In this document: positions 49,543 through 61,040 of the stretch, piece after piece
How the letters are laid out: each line of letters opens with the position of its first letter
How positions within the stretch are numbered: position 1 is the stretch's first letter
Source: Marinicella sp.
Lineage (GTDB): Bacteria > Pseudomonadota > Gammaproteobacteria > Xanthomonadales > Marinicellaceae
Direction of reading: 5' to 3'
Assembly (NCBI GenBank): GCA_965230295.1
Contig: OZ246001.1
Location: 96,001 to 160,000, forward strand
DNA: 64,000 nucleotides
Notes under the pieces: model-generated
Database searches by the model: none
Told to the model about the DNA's origin: nothing
What the model saw: the letters and a program-made list of their open reading frames with translations, nothing else
Program-made: the position numbers and the translations under genes

Positions 49543-52500
49543 TTATTGTTCATGTAACTCTTTCAAAGAGTATATTTCTTGTTGATTTAAATAATCATAA
49601 GCTGCAATTGTAGCAGCTGCACCGGCAATTGTAGTGCTGTAGTTTATGCTTTGTTTCAAGGCTTCTTTTCTGATTGAAGCCGAGTCAGCTATGGCTTGTG
49701 CACCTTCGGTGGTGTTGATGATGAAATCGATTTCTTTAGATTTTATCTTATCAACGATATGAGGACGGCCTTCAATGACTTTATTGACGCTTTCACAGAA
49801 CAAACCTGCTTTTCTGAGTAAATGGCAGGTACCATGGGTGGCCACCAACTCAAAGTTCAATGAGCGCAGTTGTTTGGCCAGCGGGATGAGTTTTTCTTTG
49901 TCTGCTTCTCTGACACTGACAAAGGCCTTACCCTGTCTTGGCATATAAATATTGGCGGCCAATTTTGAAGAGGCCACTGCAGCTCCAAAAGACTTTCCAA
50001 TGCCCATCACCTCACCGGTAGAACGCATTTCCGGGCCAAGAATGGGATCAACCCCAGGAAACTTCACAAATGGGAAGACTGGTTCTTTGATGGAGTAATG
50101 GTTCAAGTCCAATCTGGACTGAACGCCCTGTTGTTTCAAACTGATGCCTGCCATACAAAGCGCTGCGATTTTAGCCAACGGCAAACCAGACGCTTTAGAC
50201 ACAAAAGGTACCGTTCTTGATGCCCTTGGGTTAACTTCAAGGATATAAATGTCATCACCCTGAATGGCAAATTGGGTGTTCATCAGTCCGACCACATTCA
50301 ACTCTTTAGCCATCAATTCACACTGGCGTGACAATTCGGCTTGCATCTCTGTTGACAGTGTAAACGGTGGTATACAACATGCCGAGTCTCCCGAGTGAAC
50401 ACCCGCTTGTTCGATGTGCTCCATGATCCCACCAACCATAAAGTCTTTGCCGTCGCAGATGATGTCTACATCAACTTCGATGGCATGATCAAGAAAGCGA
50501 TCCAACAACACTGGCGAATCATTTGAAACTTGTACCGCTTCAGTCATATAGCGTTGCAAGTCTTGTTGCGAATGCACCACCTCCATGGCCCGTCCCCCTA
50601 AAACGTAGGACGGTCTGACCACCAATGGAAAGCCAATGTTGTTAGCCACTTCAGTGGCTTCTTCTGCAGATGTCACTGTACCATTGGGCGGTTGTCTGAG
50701 ATCCAGTTTATCCAGCATGGCTTTGAACTGTTCACGATCTTCGGCTTTGTCAATCGAATCGGGTGACGAACCAATGATCGGCACACCGGCTTGCTCTAAG
50801 GCATTGGCCAAATTCAATGGAGTTTGCCCCCCATATTGGACAATCACACCTTTGGGTTGTTCGATGTCAACAATGGCCAACACATCTTCCAAGGTCAGTG
50901 ACTCAAAATACAAACGATCTGAAGTGTCATAGTCGGTAGAAACCGTTTCCGGATTACAGTTAATCATGATGGTTTCAAATCCGGCGTCTTTTAATGCCAA
51001 TGAGGCATGGACACAACAGTAATCAAACTCAATACCTTGACCTATTCGGTTGGGCCCACCGCCCAGAATCATGATTTTATCTCGATCAGTGGGATTGGCT
51101 TCACAATGTTGTTCAAATGTAGAATAGAAATAGGCAGTTGGTGCTTCGAACTCAGCCGCACAGGAGTCAACCCGTTTGAAAACTGGTTTTACATTCAAAA
51201 ACAATCGGTGTGACCTCACTTCCTGTTCAGAGGTATTCATCAATGTTGCCATTCTGGCATCTGAAAAACCTTCTTTTTTCAGCTGCAACATTTGCGCTTC
51301 TCGAATCGACTCCAGGTTGGTTTCTTTCAAAGCCTCTTCAATCTTAACCAACCGCTCAATGTGGGCCAGAAACCAAGGGTCAATTTTGGAAATCTCATGA
51401 ATCTTTTCAGCATTGAAACCATGTCTGAACCCATCGGCCACATAAAATAAACGTTCTGATGAAGGTTCACGTATTTCTTTGACCAAATCAAAACCATCAG
51501 CCAATTGTTCAGCACTTACTACTGGGTCCAATCCTGACTTGCCTGTTTCCAATCCTCGCAAGGCCTTTTGTAAAGACTCATTGAAAGTGCGACCAATGGC
51601 CATGACTTCACCCACGGACTTCATTTGGGTGCTCAATCGATCCACACTGTTGTTGAATTTCTCAAAGGCAAAGCGTGGAATTTTAGTCACCACATAATCA
51701 ATTGTGGGCTCGAATGAAGCTGGCGTGGCACCGCCAGTGATCTCATTTTTTAATTCATCCAAAGTATATCCAATGGCCAATTTTGCGGCCACTTTTGCAA
51801 TGGGAAATCCAGTCGCTTTAGAAGCCAGTGCCGAAGACCTGGAAACCCTGGGATTCATCTCAATCACAATCATGCGGCCATTGGCAGGGTTGATAGAAAA
51901 CTGGACATTTGATCCTCCGGTTTCAACCCCAATCTTGCGCAGCACTGCCAAGGAAGCATCGCGCATCACCTGATATTCTTTATCGGTTAATGTTTGTGCA
52001 GGTGCAACGGTGATTGAATCCCCGGTGTGAACGCCCATTGGATCTAAATTCTCGATCGAACAAATGATGATACAGTTATCCGCTTTGTCTCGAACCACTT
52101 CCATCTCATATTCTTTCCAACCCAACAAGGACTCTTCCAACAACACTTCTGTGGTCGGTGAAAGCTTCAAACCTTCAGCGACGATGTCTTCAAACTCTTC
52201 CAGGTTATAAGCAATGCCACCACCCGTGCCCCCTAAAGTAAATGAAGGCCTGATGATCACTGGATAACCGATGTTTTGTTGTGCAACTCGAGCTTCATCC
52301 ATGTCATGAACAATGAATGATTTGGCACATTCCAATCCAATGTCTTCCATCGCCACGCGAAACTGTTCACGATCTTCAGCCATGTCAATGGCTTCTCTGG
52401 ATGCTCCAATCATTTCGACACCATATTGTGCCAATACACCTTGGCTGACCAGGTCTAATGAACAGTTCAAGGCCGTCTGGCCACCCATGGTTGGTAACAA

Positions 52501-52755
52501 AGCATCCGGCTTTTCAATCTCAATGATTTTAGCCACGGTCTGCCAGTTGATGGGCTGGATGTAAATACTGTCTGCAGTTTCAGGGTCAGTCATGATGGTG
52601 GCGGGATTGGAATTGACCAGAATCACTCGATAGCCTTCATCTTTCAGTGCTTTACACGCTTGGGTACCTGAATAGTCAAATTCACAAGCTTGGCCAATCA
52701 CAATTGGACCTGCACCAAGAACCAAAATGCTTTTAATGTCAGTTCTTTTACCCAC
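49543..52755 (-). CDS. carB: Carbamoyl-phosphate synthase large subunit
   Basis: GTG start at 52755 gives [29 protein letters not shown]; duplicated ATP-grasp domains; MGS domain. Confidence 0.97.
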   Translation of the reverse strand: MGKRTDIKSILVLGAGPIVIGQACEFDYSGTQACKALKDEGYRVILVNSNPATIMTDPETADSIYIQPINWQTVAKIIEIEKPDALLPTMGGQTALNCSLDLVSQGVLAQYGVEMIGASREAIDMAEDREQFRVAMEDIGLECAKSFIVHDMDEARVAQQNIGYPVIIRPSFTLGGTGGGIAYNLEEFEDIVAEGLKLSPTTEVLLEESLLGWKEYEMEVVRDKADNCIIICSIENLDPMGVHTGDSITVAPAQTLTDKEYQVMRDASLAVLRKIGVETGGSNVQFSINPANGRMIVIEMNPRVSRSSALASKATGFPIAKVAAKLAIGYTLDELKNEITGGATPASFEPTIDYVVTKIPRFAFEKFNNSVDRLSTQMKSVGEVMAIGRTFNESLQKALRGLETGKSGLDPVVSAEQLADGFDLVKEIREPSSERLFYVADGFRHGFNAEKIHEISKIDPWFLAHIERLVKIEEALKETNLESIREAQMLQLKKEGFSDARMATLMNTSEQEVRSHRLFLNVKPVFKRVDSCAAEFEAPTAYFYSTFEQHCEANPTDRDKIMILGGGPNRIGQGIEFDYCCVHASLALKDAGFETIMINCNPETVSTDYDTSDRLYFESLTLEDVLAIVDIEQPKGVIVQYGGQTPLNLANALEQAGVPIIGSSPDSIDKAEDREQFKAMLDKLDLRQPPNGTVTSAEEATEVANNIGFPLVVRPSYVLGGRAMEVVHSQQDLQRYMTEAVQVSNDSPVLLDRFLDHAIEVDVDIICDGKDFMVGGIMEHIEQAGVHSGDSACCIPPFTLSTEMQAELSRQCELMAKELNVVGLMNTQFAIQGDDIYILEVNPRASRTVPFVSKASGLPLAKIAALCMAGISLKQQGVQSRLDLNHYSIKEPVFPFVKFPGVDPILGPEMRSTGEVMGIGKSFGAAVASSKLAANIYMPRQGKAFVSVREADKEKLIPLAKQLRSLNFELVATHGTCHLLRKAGLFCESVNKVIEGRPHIVDKIKSKEIDFIINTTEGAQAIADSASIRKEALKQSINYSTTIAGAAATIAAYDYLNQQEIYSLKELHEQ

Positions 52756-53932
52756 GGCTTTTCTCCTCTTGCATGGCTGCAATGAACGGTTCAAATAATT
52801 TCTTGGCCTCATGCGGACCAGGGCTGGCTTCCGGATGGCCTTGGAAGCCATAGGCATTTTGTAGCTTGTGGCTGATACCTTGAACACTGCCATCAAACAA
52901 TGAACGGTGTGTCACTTCTAAAACTTCAGGCATGTCTGTTTCGGCCACTGCAAAGTTATGGTTTTGACTGGTGATCATTACCGTTTTGTCCTGACAATTT
53001 TCTACCGGGTGATTGGCACCATGGTGACCAAATTTCATCTTCATGGTTTTGGCACCCAAAGCCAGAGCCATGATTTGGTGGCCCAGGCAAATGCCAAACA
53101 AAGGTATTTTATGTTCGAGGAAAGTCTGACAGGCTGCGACGGCATAATCACAAGCTGCTGGGTCTCCAGGTCCATTAGACAAAAAGACACCATCCGGTCG
53201 CATGGCCATCACTTCAGTGGCTGGAGTTTGTGCAGGTACCACAGTCAACTCACAACCCAGCCCTTTTAAAATACGTAAAATATTGCGTTTCACACCAAAG
53301 TCGTAGCAAACCACTTTATATCGATCATCATTCGGTTCCGGAAATTGGTTGTCAGTCAAATCAAAACAAGCTTGTTGCCATGAATAGGCCGTTTCACAGG
53401 TCACTTCCTTGGCCAGGTCTTTGCCTTCTAATCCCGGAAAATTTTTGGCCATTTCTATGGCTTTGCCTTCATCCAAGTCATCTCCACTCATGATACAACC
53501 ATTTAAGGATCCGTTGAGTCGCAGTAAATTGGTCAGTTCACGGGTATCCAGACCACTGATAGCAACCACATTTTGTGCCTTTAAATAGGCATCAAGTGTG
53601 CTTTCATTGCGCCAGTTACTGGCCACAATTGAGTTGTCCCTGATGATCAAACCTTTGGCATGAATCTTGTCAGACTCATTGTCTGCCTGATTGGTCCCGG
53701 TGTTACCAATGTGCGGGTAAGTCAAGGTGACCATTTGATCTGCGTAAGAAGGGTCAGAAAGAATTTCTTGATAACCCGTCATGGCAGTATTGAACACCAC
53801 CTCAGCTGTTGTATCACCGCGTGCACCCAAAGCGGTGCCATGAAATATGCTGCCATCTTCAAGTACCAAAATGGCAGGACTGCGATGACTGGAAGGAAAT
53901 AAAATTTGATTTAATTTTGACACTTTGCTCAA
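52748..53932 (-). CDS. carA: Carbamoyl-phosphate synthase small subunit
   Basis: [27 protein letters not shown] and FQGHPEA. Confidence 0.97.
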   Translation of the reverse strand: MSKVSKLNQILFPSSHRSPAILVLEDGSIFHGTALGARGDTTAEVVFNTAMTGYQEILSDPSYADQMVTLTYPHIGNTGTNQADNESDKIHAKGLIIRDNSIVASNWRNESTLDAYLKAQNVVAISGLDTRELTNLLRLNGSLNGCIMSGDDLDEGKAIEMAKNFPGLEGKDLAKEVTCETAYSWQQACFDLTDNQFPEPNDDRYKVVCYDFGVKRNILRILKGLGCELTVVPAQTPATEVMAMRPDGVFLSNGPGDPAACDYAVAACQTFLEHKIPLFGICLGHQIMALALGAKTMKMKFGHHGANHPVENCQDKTVMITSQNHNFAVAETDMPEVLEVTHRSLFDGSVQGISHKLQNAYGFQGHPEASPGPHEAKKLFEPFIAAMQEEKSRG

Positions 53933-53945
53933 CTCTTAAAGGCGT

Positions 53946-53973
53946 AAAAAAAGCTGGCGTGAACCAACTTTTT
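53946..53973 (-). promoter_or_regulatory. Terminator-like hairpin in the carA leader (possible attenuator)
   Basis: Minus strand AAAAAGTTGG-TTCACG-CCAGCTTTTTTT, ending 13 nt before the carA start. Confidence 0.5.
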
Positions 53974-54138
53974 ACTGTTATCGAATTGAAAGCGAATTTT
54001 AACTCAATAATCGCAGAAACACCACAAAGTATGGTTGTTTTTTTCACCCATATTCGCCAGGCCGTCCGGCAATCAAAAATATACACACTTTTTACTTATG
54101 GTCATGATTTAAATTCATCACTCCACTATAATGTTCTG

Positions 54139-55272
54139 ATGCGAATCCATTTGGCCATTTACCATCCACAACATGCGGGCATTTTGAGTGCTGCCATTGA
54201 GTTAAAGGCAGAAAAAGTCATCCTGCTTCACCGCAAAGAAGACGAAATCAGCGGTCTGAAGTCAGCCATTCAATCCAGGGGCATCCATTGTCAAACTCAG
54301 ATCGCCACATTTGACACCCAATTGGCCAGAGAACAAATGGCGGACATTGTGGAAAAGAATCAGCAGGAAGAAATTGCATTCAACGCATCCAGCGGTTACA
54401 ACAAGCTCACTTTACTTGGATTTGAACAGTTCACCGCCTATGGCTACCCGGTATTCCTGGTTGATAAATTCACCGATGAATTGTATTGGTTAAACACCAA
54501 ACAGACTCAAGATGACATCAAAATGGGTCACCACATCAAACTTAAGGAGTACCTTAAGTCCTTCAACACACAAGTGCTAGAACAAGGACAAACCACACCT
54601 GAACCTGAAAACTCGCGAGAATTAACCGGCTGGATCATTTCACAGTTGGGTAAAATGGATAAGTCCATTGCCAGTTTAAACTACATGGCGACCAATGCTG
54701 ATGCCAATCACCGTTACCAACTGAATCATAAAGACTTACAAAACCACCAACTTCAGGTATTATTAGACCGCTTTGAAGCCGCTGGCAAATTAACTGTACG
54801 GGGTCGAAAACTTAAATTCGCTGACAACGAAAGCCGTTTCTACTGCAATGGAGGCTGGTTGGAAAATCATGTCTTTGCTTTGTTGTATGGGATGCGTAAA
54901 AATCGACCACAATTGGCAGACTTGGCCAAAGGCATGACCATTGTAAGAAACCAAGGTAAAGTAAAAAACGAATTGGATGTGGCAGCCATTTGTCACAATC
55001 GACTGCACATCATAGAATGCAAGACACGAAGGTTCAGTCAGAGCAAAGCCGATAAAGCCGCGGCCAATTCAGCCATTTACCGACTTGATACCATCAAATC
55101 AATAACGGGTGGTTTATCAGCACGTGCCATGCTCATCAGCTACCAAACACTGAATAAATACACCATGTCCAGAGCCAAAGACCTGGGCATTTACTGTTGT
55201 TCTCATACCCAGTTGAAGCAACTAGAACAGCACTTATATCAATTCATTGATCAAAACACAGGTAACCAATAA
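54139..55272 (+). CDS. DUF1887 / Card1-like CARF-associated PD-(D/E)xK nuclease-domain protein
   Basis: N-terminal Rossmann-like region with FNASSGYNK; C-terminal GGWLE, NELDV..I..N.LHIIECKT and YRLDT...GG. Confidence 0.8.
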   Translation: MRIHLAIYHPQHAGILSAAIELKAEKVILLHRKEDEISGLKSAIQSRGIHCQTQIATFDTQLAREQMADIVEKNQQEEIAFNASSGYNKLTLLGFEQFTAYGYPVFLVDKFTDELYWLNTKQTQDDIKMGHHIKLKEYLKSFNTQVLEQGQTTPEPENSRELTGWIISQLGKMDKSIASLNYMATNADANHRYQLNHKDLQNHQLQVLLDRFEAAGKLTVRGRKLKFADNESRFYCNGGWLENHVFALLYGMRKNRPQLADLAKGMTIVRNQGKVKNELDVAAICHNRLHIIECKTRRFSQSKADKAAANSAIYRLDTIKSITGGLSARAMLISYQTLNKYTMSRAKDLGIYCCSHTQLKQLEQHLYQFIDQNTGNQ

Positions 55273-55275
55273 AAC

Positions 55276-56301
55276 ATGAACTTCAGAAGTGACAACGAAG
55301 CACCGGTCAACCCAAAAATCATGCAAGCCATCATCGCTGCCAACAATGGATTTGAAGAATCTTATGGCTATGACTCATACAGTGACAAATTCACTTCACA
55401 ATGTCATGAGTTATTTGAAAGCTGGTGTGAAGTGCTGCCCTTATCCACGGGTACAGCGGCCAACTCCATCGCCATGACTTTGGCTTGTCCTCCTTACGGG
55501 TCAATCCTGTGTCACGAACATTCACACCTCAATGCAGATGAATGTGGTGCTCCTGAATTTTTTACTGCTGGGGCTAAATTAATTCCGATGCCGGGAGATC
55601 ACGGTAAAATTGATCTGGCCTATTTAGATCAGTATTTGGCCGGCACAGGTACCCATGGAGAGCATGAGAGCTTACCCAGCGTCATCAGCATCACCCAATG
55701 CACCGAATCAGGCACTGTTTATACATTGGATGATTTGAATAAGTTAAAGGCCATCAAAGAAAAATACCACTTAGCCCTGCACATGGATGGTGCAAGATTT
55801 GCCAATGCAGTGAGCTCACTTGAATGCTCACCCGCTGAAATGACCTGGCAATCCGGCGTGGATATGTTGTCTTTTGGAGCCACTAAAAATGGCGCCATGA
55901 TGGCTGAAGCCTTATTGGTTTTTAACCCCAAGATGACACAACAAATTAAACGCCTGCGCAAAAGATCCGGCCACTTGATCAGTAAAATGCGTTACCTCAG
56001 CGCTCAATTGTGCTGTTATGTTGAAGATGACTTGTGGCTCGAATTGGCCTCTCACGCCAACCAGATGGCCCAACAATTTTACCAAGACACAAAAAACACC
56101 ATTGAATTCATTCATCCGGTTGAGGCCAACGAAGCCTTTTGCCGACTACCAGTAACTGTGATTAACTCTTTACAACAAGCAGGATTTGAATTTCACATTT
56201 GGCCAGGCTCAGATGATGTCATCCGATTGGTTTTTTCCCACGCCACTGAAGCCAATCAAGTCAGCCAGTTGACTGATGCCATCAATGAAAACATGAGATA
56301 A
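55276..56301 (+). CDS. ltaE: Low-specificity L-threonine aldolase
   Basis: FRSDN, TGTAAN, DECGAPEF, LHMDGARFANA and SFGATKNG. Confidence 0.9.
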   Translation: MNFRSDNEAPVNPKIMQAIIAANNGFEESYGYDSYSDKFTSQCHELFESWCEVLPLSTGTAANSIAMTLACPPYGSILCHEHSHLNADECGAPEFFTAGAKLIPMPGDHGKIDLAYLDQYLAGTGTHGEHESLPSVISITQCTESGTVYTLDDLNKLKAIKEKYHLALHMDGARFANAVSSLECSPAEMTWQSGVDMLSFGATKNGAMMAEALLVFNPKMTQQIKRLRKRSGHLISKMRYLSAQLCCYVEDDLWLELASHANQMAQQFYQDTKNTIEFIHPVEANEAFCRLPVTVINSLQQAGFEFHIWPGSDDVIRLVFSHATEANQVSQLTDAINENMR

Positions 56302-56322
56302 AATTGTTAATAAATCGATCTG

Positions 56323-58512
56323 TTAATTGGTCACCAGTTGATAGAAATCATAAAACTTCATGGCGGTCTTGAAATAATAACCCTGAACCTGGTCGCAGCG
56401 CTCTTCTCTCAGTAACTGCAGTTGGGCTTCATTTTCTACGCCTTCTGCAACTGTGACGATGTTTAAGTTCTGGCCCATGGTGATCATGGTCCTGACCAAT
56501 TCCAAATCATCGTTATCCGAATCAATGTCATGAATGAATGATTGATCAATTTTCAAAACATCAACCGGAAAGTTTTTCAAATAAGATAAGGATGAATAAC
56601 CAGTCCCAAAATCATCAATGGCAATGGCAATCCCCATTTTGGTAATTTCACTCAAGATGTACTGGCTGTTTTCAACGTTTTGGATCAAAGTTTGTTCTGT
56701 CAGTTCAAGCTCAAGGTTTTGAGGTGGGAATTGAGTCTCAGTCAAAATGGATTTTAATTTTGTTAAAAATTCCGGGTGCTCAAGTTGTCTGGCTGAGACA
56801 TTGAATGACATGAACAAATCAGCATTGTGTTCGAGTAATTTAACAAACTGCTTACAACTGTGGGTGAGCATTTTCCATGAAATAGGTATGATCAATGAAG
56901 TTTCTTCAAGCAAATCTATGAAGGCAGAAGGCTCCACCAGTTCATTACTACTGCGGTTCCACCGAATCAAAGCCTCGGCACCACTGATTGTGTTTTCAGC
57001 CAAGTTATAGCGTGGTTGAAAATACATTTCGAATTCATTGTTGTCTTTAGCCAAATGCAAACGGGCAATCAACTGAATTCGGTCTTTGGCTTTTTGTTCA
57101 ATTTCAGAATCATAAATGGCAAAGGTGTTACGACCTTCGTCCTTGGCTCGATACAAAGCTGCATCTGCATGTGACAATAATTCTGTCACATTGGATCCAT
57201 GCTGAGGATAAAAAGCCACACCTACACTGCCGGTCAGCCTAATCAGGTGTTCATCAATTTGGATGGGGTATTCCAATGACTTCAAAAACCTTTTAACTAA
57301 ATTCACCACATGCTCAATGGCCATTTCTCCTGGTAGGTAGACCACGAATTCATCTCCACCCATGCGTGCAATCACATCATCATGACGAAATACCCGGTTG
57401 AACAAGATGGGTAACTTCTTCAACATCTCATCACCAACAGCGTGTCCCAAAGTGTCATTGATGTCTTTAAAATGATCCAGGTCTATGAACAGGATGGTGA
57501 ATTTTTGTTGGCTGTTTTTAGAAAACTTGACCCTTTTTTCTATGAAGTTGGTGATGTAATGGCGGTTGGGCAGATGCGTCAAGGTGTCATGATTCGCCAA
57601 ATATTCGAGTTCGAATTGGACTTTTTCTTTTTCACTGATTTCATTGGCCAATTTAGCCGTTTGGTTTTTGGCTTTCTGTTTTGATAACAAGGTCAACATA
57701 AACAACAAAGCAATGATGGCACCAGCAACCGCTATGAAATAAGGCATGGGTGATACGATCAACGCCAAAGAAGCTTCTGTTGGGTAAACTTTAAATATCC
57801 AGCCATTGTTATCGCTGTCTAAATTGAGCTCAAAATATTCCAGATAGGTATTGTCCTCTAACTTTGGGCCATTTAAAAACACCACATCAGTTTCAGAATA
57901 GGCTTTGGTGTAATACCCTGTTGAAATCGGATCACCCAATAAACTATTGATGAATTCCTTAACATGAACTTCGATACCTAAGAAACCATCGTATTGATCA
58001 CCTGTACCGATGGGCTGGAAAATAAACACCACATTTTCTTCATCCAACTTATAGGTCTTGGAAATTTCAGGCTGGTGGGTGTCCCTGGCGGCGATGAGTT
58101 TCAATAACACGTCATTGTCTTTGACAATCTCGGCACCCAGGTTGTGGTGCATCTCATGATTCGACTCAGACCATTGAGTTTGAAAGTCCTTATCCAGCCA
58201 CCAGATTGAATCCACACCTTCAATTCTGGTGATGAAATCTGAGGCATCAGCTCGCCAATTACTTTCTTCCGTTCTGTTGTTGTTAACCCAACGTTCACTC
58301 ATGGCATTCAAATCGGCCAGTAAACTTTGGGTACTTTGCATGATTTTAGCTTCTGTGCGGTTGGCTTGACCCTTGAGGATTTGATTCAAAACATCAATCT
58401 GGGAATAATGCACATAAAATGCAATCGCCATCGACAAACCAAATAACACCAATGAGATAAAGGCCGTTCCAAATTTCGACTGCTGTGGAAGTTGTTGATT
58501 GTGTTCCGTCAA
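56323..58512 (-). CDS. Membrane sensor diguanylate cyclase/phosphodiesterase (GGDEF-EAL)
   Basis: Two TM helices flank a periplasmic domain; intact GGDEF, EAL, DDFGTGYSS and EGVE. Confidence 0.93.
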   Translation of the reverse strand: MTEHNQQLPQQSKFGTAFISLVLFGLSMAIAFYVHYSQIDVLNQILKGQANRTEAKIMQSTQSLLADLNAMSERWVNNNRTEESNWRADASDFITRIEGVDSIWWLDKDFQTQWSESNHEMHHNLGAEIVKDNDVLLKLIAARDTHQPEISKTYKLDEENVVFIFQPIGTGDQYDGFLGIEVHVKEFINSLLGDPISTGYYTKAYSETDVVFLNGPKLEDNTYLEYFELNLDSDNNGWIFKVYPTEASLALIVSPMPYFIAVAGAIIALLFMLTLLSKQKAKNQTAKLANEISEKEKVQFELEYLANHDTLTHLPNRHYITNFIEKRVKFSKNSQQKFTILFIDLDHFKDINDTLGHAVGDEMLKKLPILFNRVFRHDDVIARMGGDEFVVYLPGEMAIEHVVNLVKRFLKSLEYPIQIDEHLIRLTGSVGVAFYPQHGSNVTELLSHADAALYRAKDEGRNTFAIYDSEIEQKAKDRIQLIARLHLAKDNNEFEMYFQPRYNLAENTISGAEALIRWNRSSNELVEPSAFIDLLEETSLIIPISWKMLTHSCKQFVKLLEHNADLFMSFNVSARQLEHPEFLTKLKSILTETQFPPQNLELELTEQTLIQNVENSQYILSEITKMGIAIAIDDFGTGYSSLSYLKNFPVDVLKIDQSFIHDIDSDNDDLELVRTMITMGQNLNIVTVAEGVENEAQLQLLREERCDQVQGYYFKTAMKFYDFYQLVTN

Positions 58513-58585
58513 ATACGCACCTTGATTAATTCCGCGGATAAAAGCTTAGCATGTAGGTACTGACAAAACAAATGATTTAAAATCC

Positions 58586-60469
58586 TCACAAAACTGCCAA
58601 ATCACCTTTGTCTTGCAACCAGGACTTGCGCTCGGAAGCACGTTTTTTTGCCAGCAACATATCCATGATGCCATGCGTGTTGTCTCCTGCAGACACTGAC
58701 AATTGTAACAACCTGCGTGTATCAGGTGCGATGGCACTTTCACGCAGTTGTGCCGGATTCATTTCACCCAGCCCTTTAAAACGAGTCACACTGACCTTTC
58801 CTGTCATCTTTTCTCGTTCAATTTTATGCAATATTTGATCACGCTCACTCTGATCGACGGCATAGAACTTCTTCTTACCCACATCTATCCTGAATAACGG
58901 CGGCATCGCCACGAAAATATGACCTGCCCGAACAACCGGCTCAAAATGACGTAAGAATAAAGCACACAACAGGGTAGCAATGTGTAATCCATCTGAGTCG
59001 GCATCTGCCAATATGATGATTTTGCCATAACGCAATCCAGCCAAATCAGTGCTTCCCGGGTCGACACCAATGGCCACTGCCAAATCATGTACTTCTTGTG
59101 ATGCCATGACTTGAGTCGACTCAACTTCCCATGAATTCAGGATTTTACCACGCAAAGGCATGATGGCTTGAAATTCACGGTCTCTGGCTTGCTTGGCCGA
59201 ACCACCTGCTGAATCCCCTTCCACCAAAAATATTTCTCCTTGCATGGGATCCTGAGAGCTGCAATCGGCCAGCTTACCTGGCAAAGCAGGGCCAGTGGTG
59301 ACTTTTTTTCGCACCACTTGTTTCGCTTTACGTAATCTGTTTTGGGCATTGTTGATGGCTATCATGGCAATCTGCTCAGCCTCTTCAACATTTTGGTTGA
59401 GCCACAGAATCAGCGCATCTTTGATGGTGTTTGCCACATAAGACGCTATTGATCTGGATGACAGCCTTTCTTTGGTTTGTCCAGAAAACTGAGGGTCCTT
59501 CATTTTTGCTGACAACACATAGCTGACCCGGTCCCAGACATCATCAGGTGCCAGTTTTAATCCCCGTGGTAATAAATTATGCGCATCAGCATATTCCCTG
59601 ATGGCTTCCGTCAAACCGGTTCTGAGACCATTGACATGTGTTCCACCTTGTGCGGTCGGGATCAGGTTGACATAACTTTCGGTCACCAGCTCCCCTTGTG
59701 GAATCCAGGTCAAGGCCCAATCAACCGCAAATTCTTCATCATGTTGAGCACCGATAAAACCGGATTCAGGAATCATAACCTCGGCTTCTATTTCATCAAT
59801 CAGGTACTCTTGCAGACCATCTTGAAATTGCCAGGATTCTGAGCTGTTATCCAAGTTGTTCTTAAAGTTTACAGCCAAACCTGAACACAGCACTGCTTTG
59901 GCTTTTAGCAGGTGTTTTAGTTTCTTAACCCCAACTTTTACAGTATCAAAATATTCAGCAGCGGGTGTAAACTGAACTCGAGTTCCTGTGTTTTTTTGCC
60001 CCACTTGACCAACCACTTTTAATTCCGAAACTTTTTCACCATGCTCGAAGGCAATGTGGTGCTCCTTGCCATCACGTTTGATCCAAACGTCCAATCGCTC
60101 ACTCAAGGCATTCACGACTGAGACACCCACCCCATGTAACCCACCTGAGAAAGTGTAATTTTTATTAGAAAATTTTCCGCCTGCATGTAATTTGGCCAAA
60201 ATGAGTTCAACCCCGGAAACACCATGTTCTTCATGAATGTCAACGGGCATACCACGCCCGTTGTCAGAGACCTCAATGCTGCCATCATCATGTAAGGTCA
60301 CATTGATTTTATTGGCATGGCCCTCCAACGCTTCATCCACCGAATTATCCACAACTTCCTGAATCAAGTGATTGGGTCGTGAGGTTTCTGTGTACATCCC
60401 GGGTCTGCGTTTGACCGGATCTAAACCTGATAGAACTTCAATGTCTGAAGATTGATAAGTTTTTGTCAT
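58586..60469 (-). CDS. parE: DNA topoisomerase IV subunit B
   Basis: EVVDNSVDE, GLHGVGVSVVNALS, VEGDSAGGS and RFKGLGEMNP; 627 aa, lacking the GyrB insert. Confidence 0.95.
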   Translation of the reverse strand: MTKTYQSSDIEVLSGLDPVKRRPGMYTETSRPNHLIQEVVDNSVDEALEGHANKINVTLHDDGSIEVSDNGRGMPVDIHEEHGVSGVELILAKLHAGGKFSNKNYTFSGGLHGVGVSVVNALSERLDVWIKRDGKEHHIAFEHGEKVSELKVVGQVGQKNTGTRVQFTPAAEYFDTVKVGVKKLKHLLKAKAVLCSGLAVNFKNNLDNSSESWQFQDGLQEYLIDEIEAEVMIPESGFIGAQHDEEFAVDWALTWIPQGELVTESYVNLIPTAQGGTHVNGLRTGLTEAIREYADAHNLLPRGLKLAPDDVWDRVSYVLSAKMKDPQFSGQTKERLSSRSIASYVANTIKDALILWLNQNVEEAEQIAMIAINNAQNRLRKAKQVVRKKVTTGPALPGKLADCSSQDPMQGEIFLVEGDSAGGSAKQARDREFQAIMPLRGKILNSWEVESTQVMASQEVHDLAVAIGVDPGSTDLAGLRYGKIIILADADSDGLHIATLLCALFLRHFEPVVRAGHIFVAMPPLFRIDVGKKKFYAVDQSERDQILHKIEREKMTGKVSVTRFKGLGEMNPAQLRESAIAPDTRRLLQLSVSAGDNTHGIMDMLLAKKRASERKSWLQDKGDLAVL

Positions 60470-60488
60470 CTTGAATTAATATATCCTG

Positions 60489-61040
60489 TTATTTCCACTT
60501 GATTGAACAGCCCATTGATGGAAACTGTTCACTGTGCACCGATCCTGTTGTGACCATTTCTCGCATGGCCTCAACCAAGTCTTGTCGGAGTTCATTGCTG
60601 TTGTCATTGATACCTGCTGCATTCAAACGACCACGGTATTGTATGATTCCTTGGGCATTCATGCCAAATATATCTGGGGTACAAACAGCACCATAGGCTT
60701 TGGCGACTGCCTGAGACTCATCAAATAAATATGGAAACGGGTAATCCAGTCGTCGGGCAATTTCCTGCATGTTTTCATAGGAATCTTCAGGATAATCTGA
60801 AGGGTCATTAGACATGACAGCCACCACATTCACCCCGAAATCAATCAAGGCCTTTGAGTCAATCACCAGTTGTTTCTGGATGGATTTCACATAAGGACAG
60901 TGGTTGCAAATGAACATCACCACCAAACCCTCTGGCCCCATGGCTTTGGTCATGTCCCAACGCTCACCATCTACCCCGAGCAAATCAAAATCCGGGGCTT
61001 TCACAAATTCAGATTTCGGTGTATATTTCAGTACCATCAT
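60489..61040 (-). CDS. Thioredoxin-like (redoxin) family protein
   Basis: FICNHCPYV, GAVCTPD and SMGCSIKW; RBS CAGGAGG before 61040. Confidence 0.9.
   Translation of the reverse strand: MMVLKYTPKSEFVKAPDFDLLGVDGERWDMTKAMGPEGLVVMFICNHCPYVKSIQKQLVIDSKALIDFGVNVVAVMSNDPSDYPEDSYENMQEIARRLDYPFPYLFDESQAVAKAYGAVCTPDIFGMNAQGIIQYRGRLNAAGINDNSNELRQDLVEAMREMVTTGSVHSEQFPSMGCSIKWK

Noticed and set aside
52756-52896. N-terminal extension of CarB in the ORF track
   Set aside because: It overlaps carA; the conserved CarB N-terminus begins at the GTG at 52755.
53809-54138. N-terminal 110 aa of the 487-aa ORF
   Set aside because: It overlaps carA and its leader on the opposite strand. The ATG at 54139, just after TATAAT, fits the family length better.
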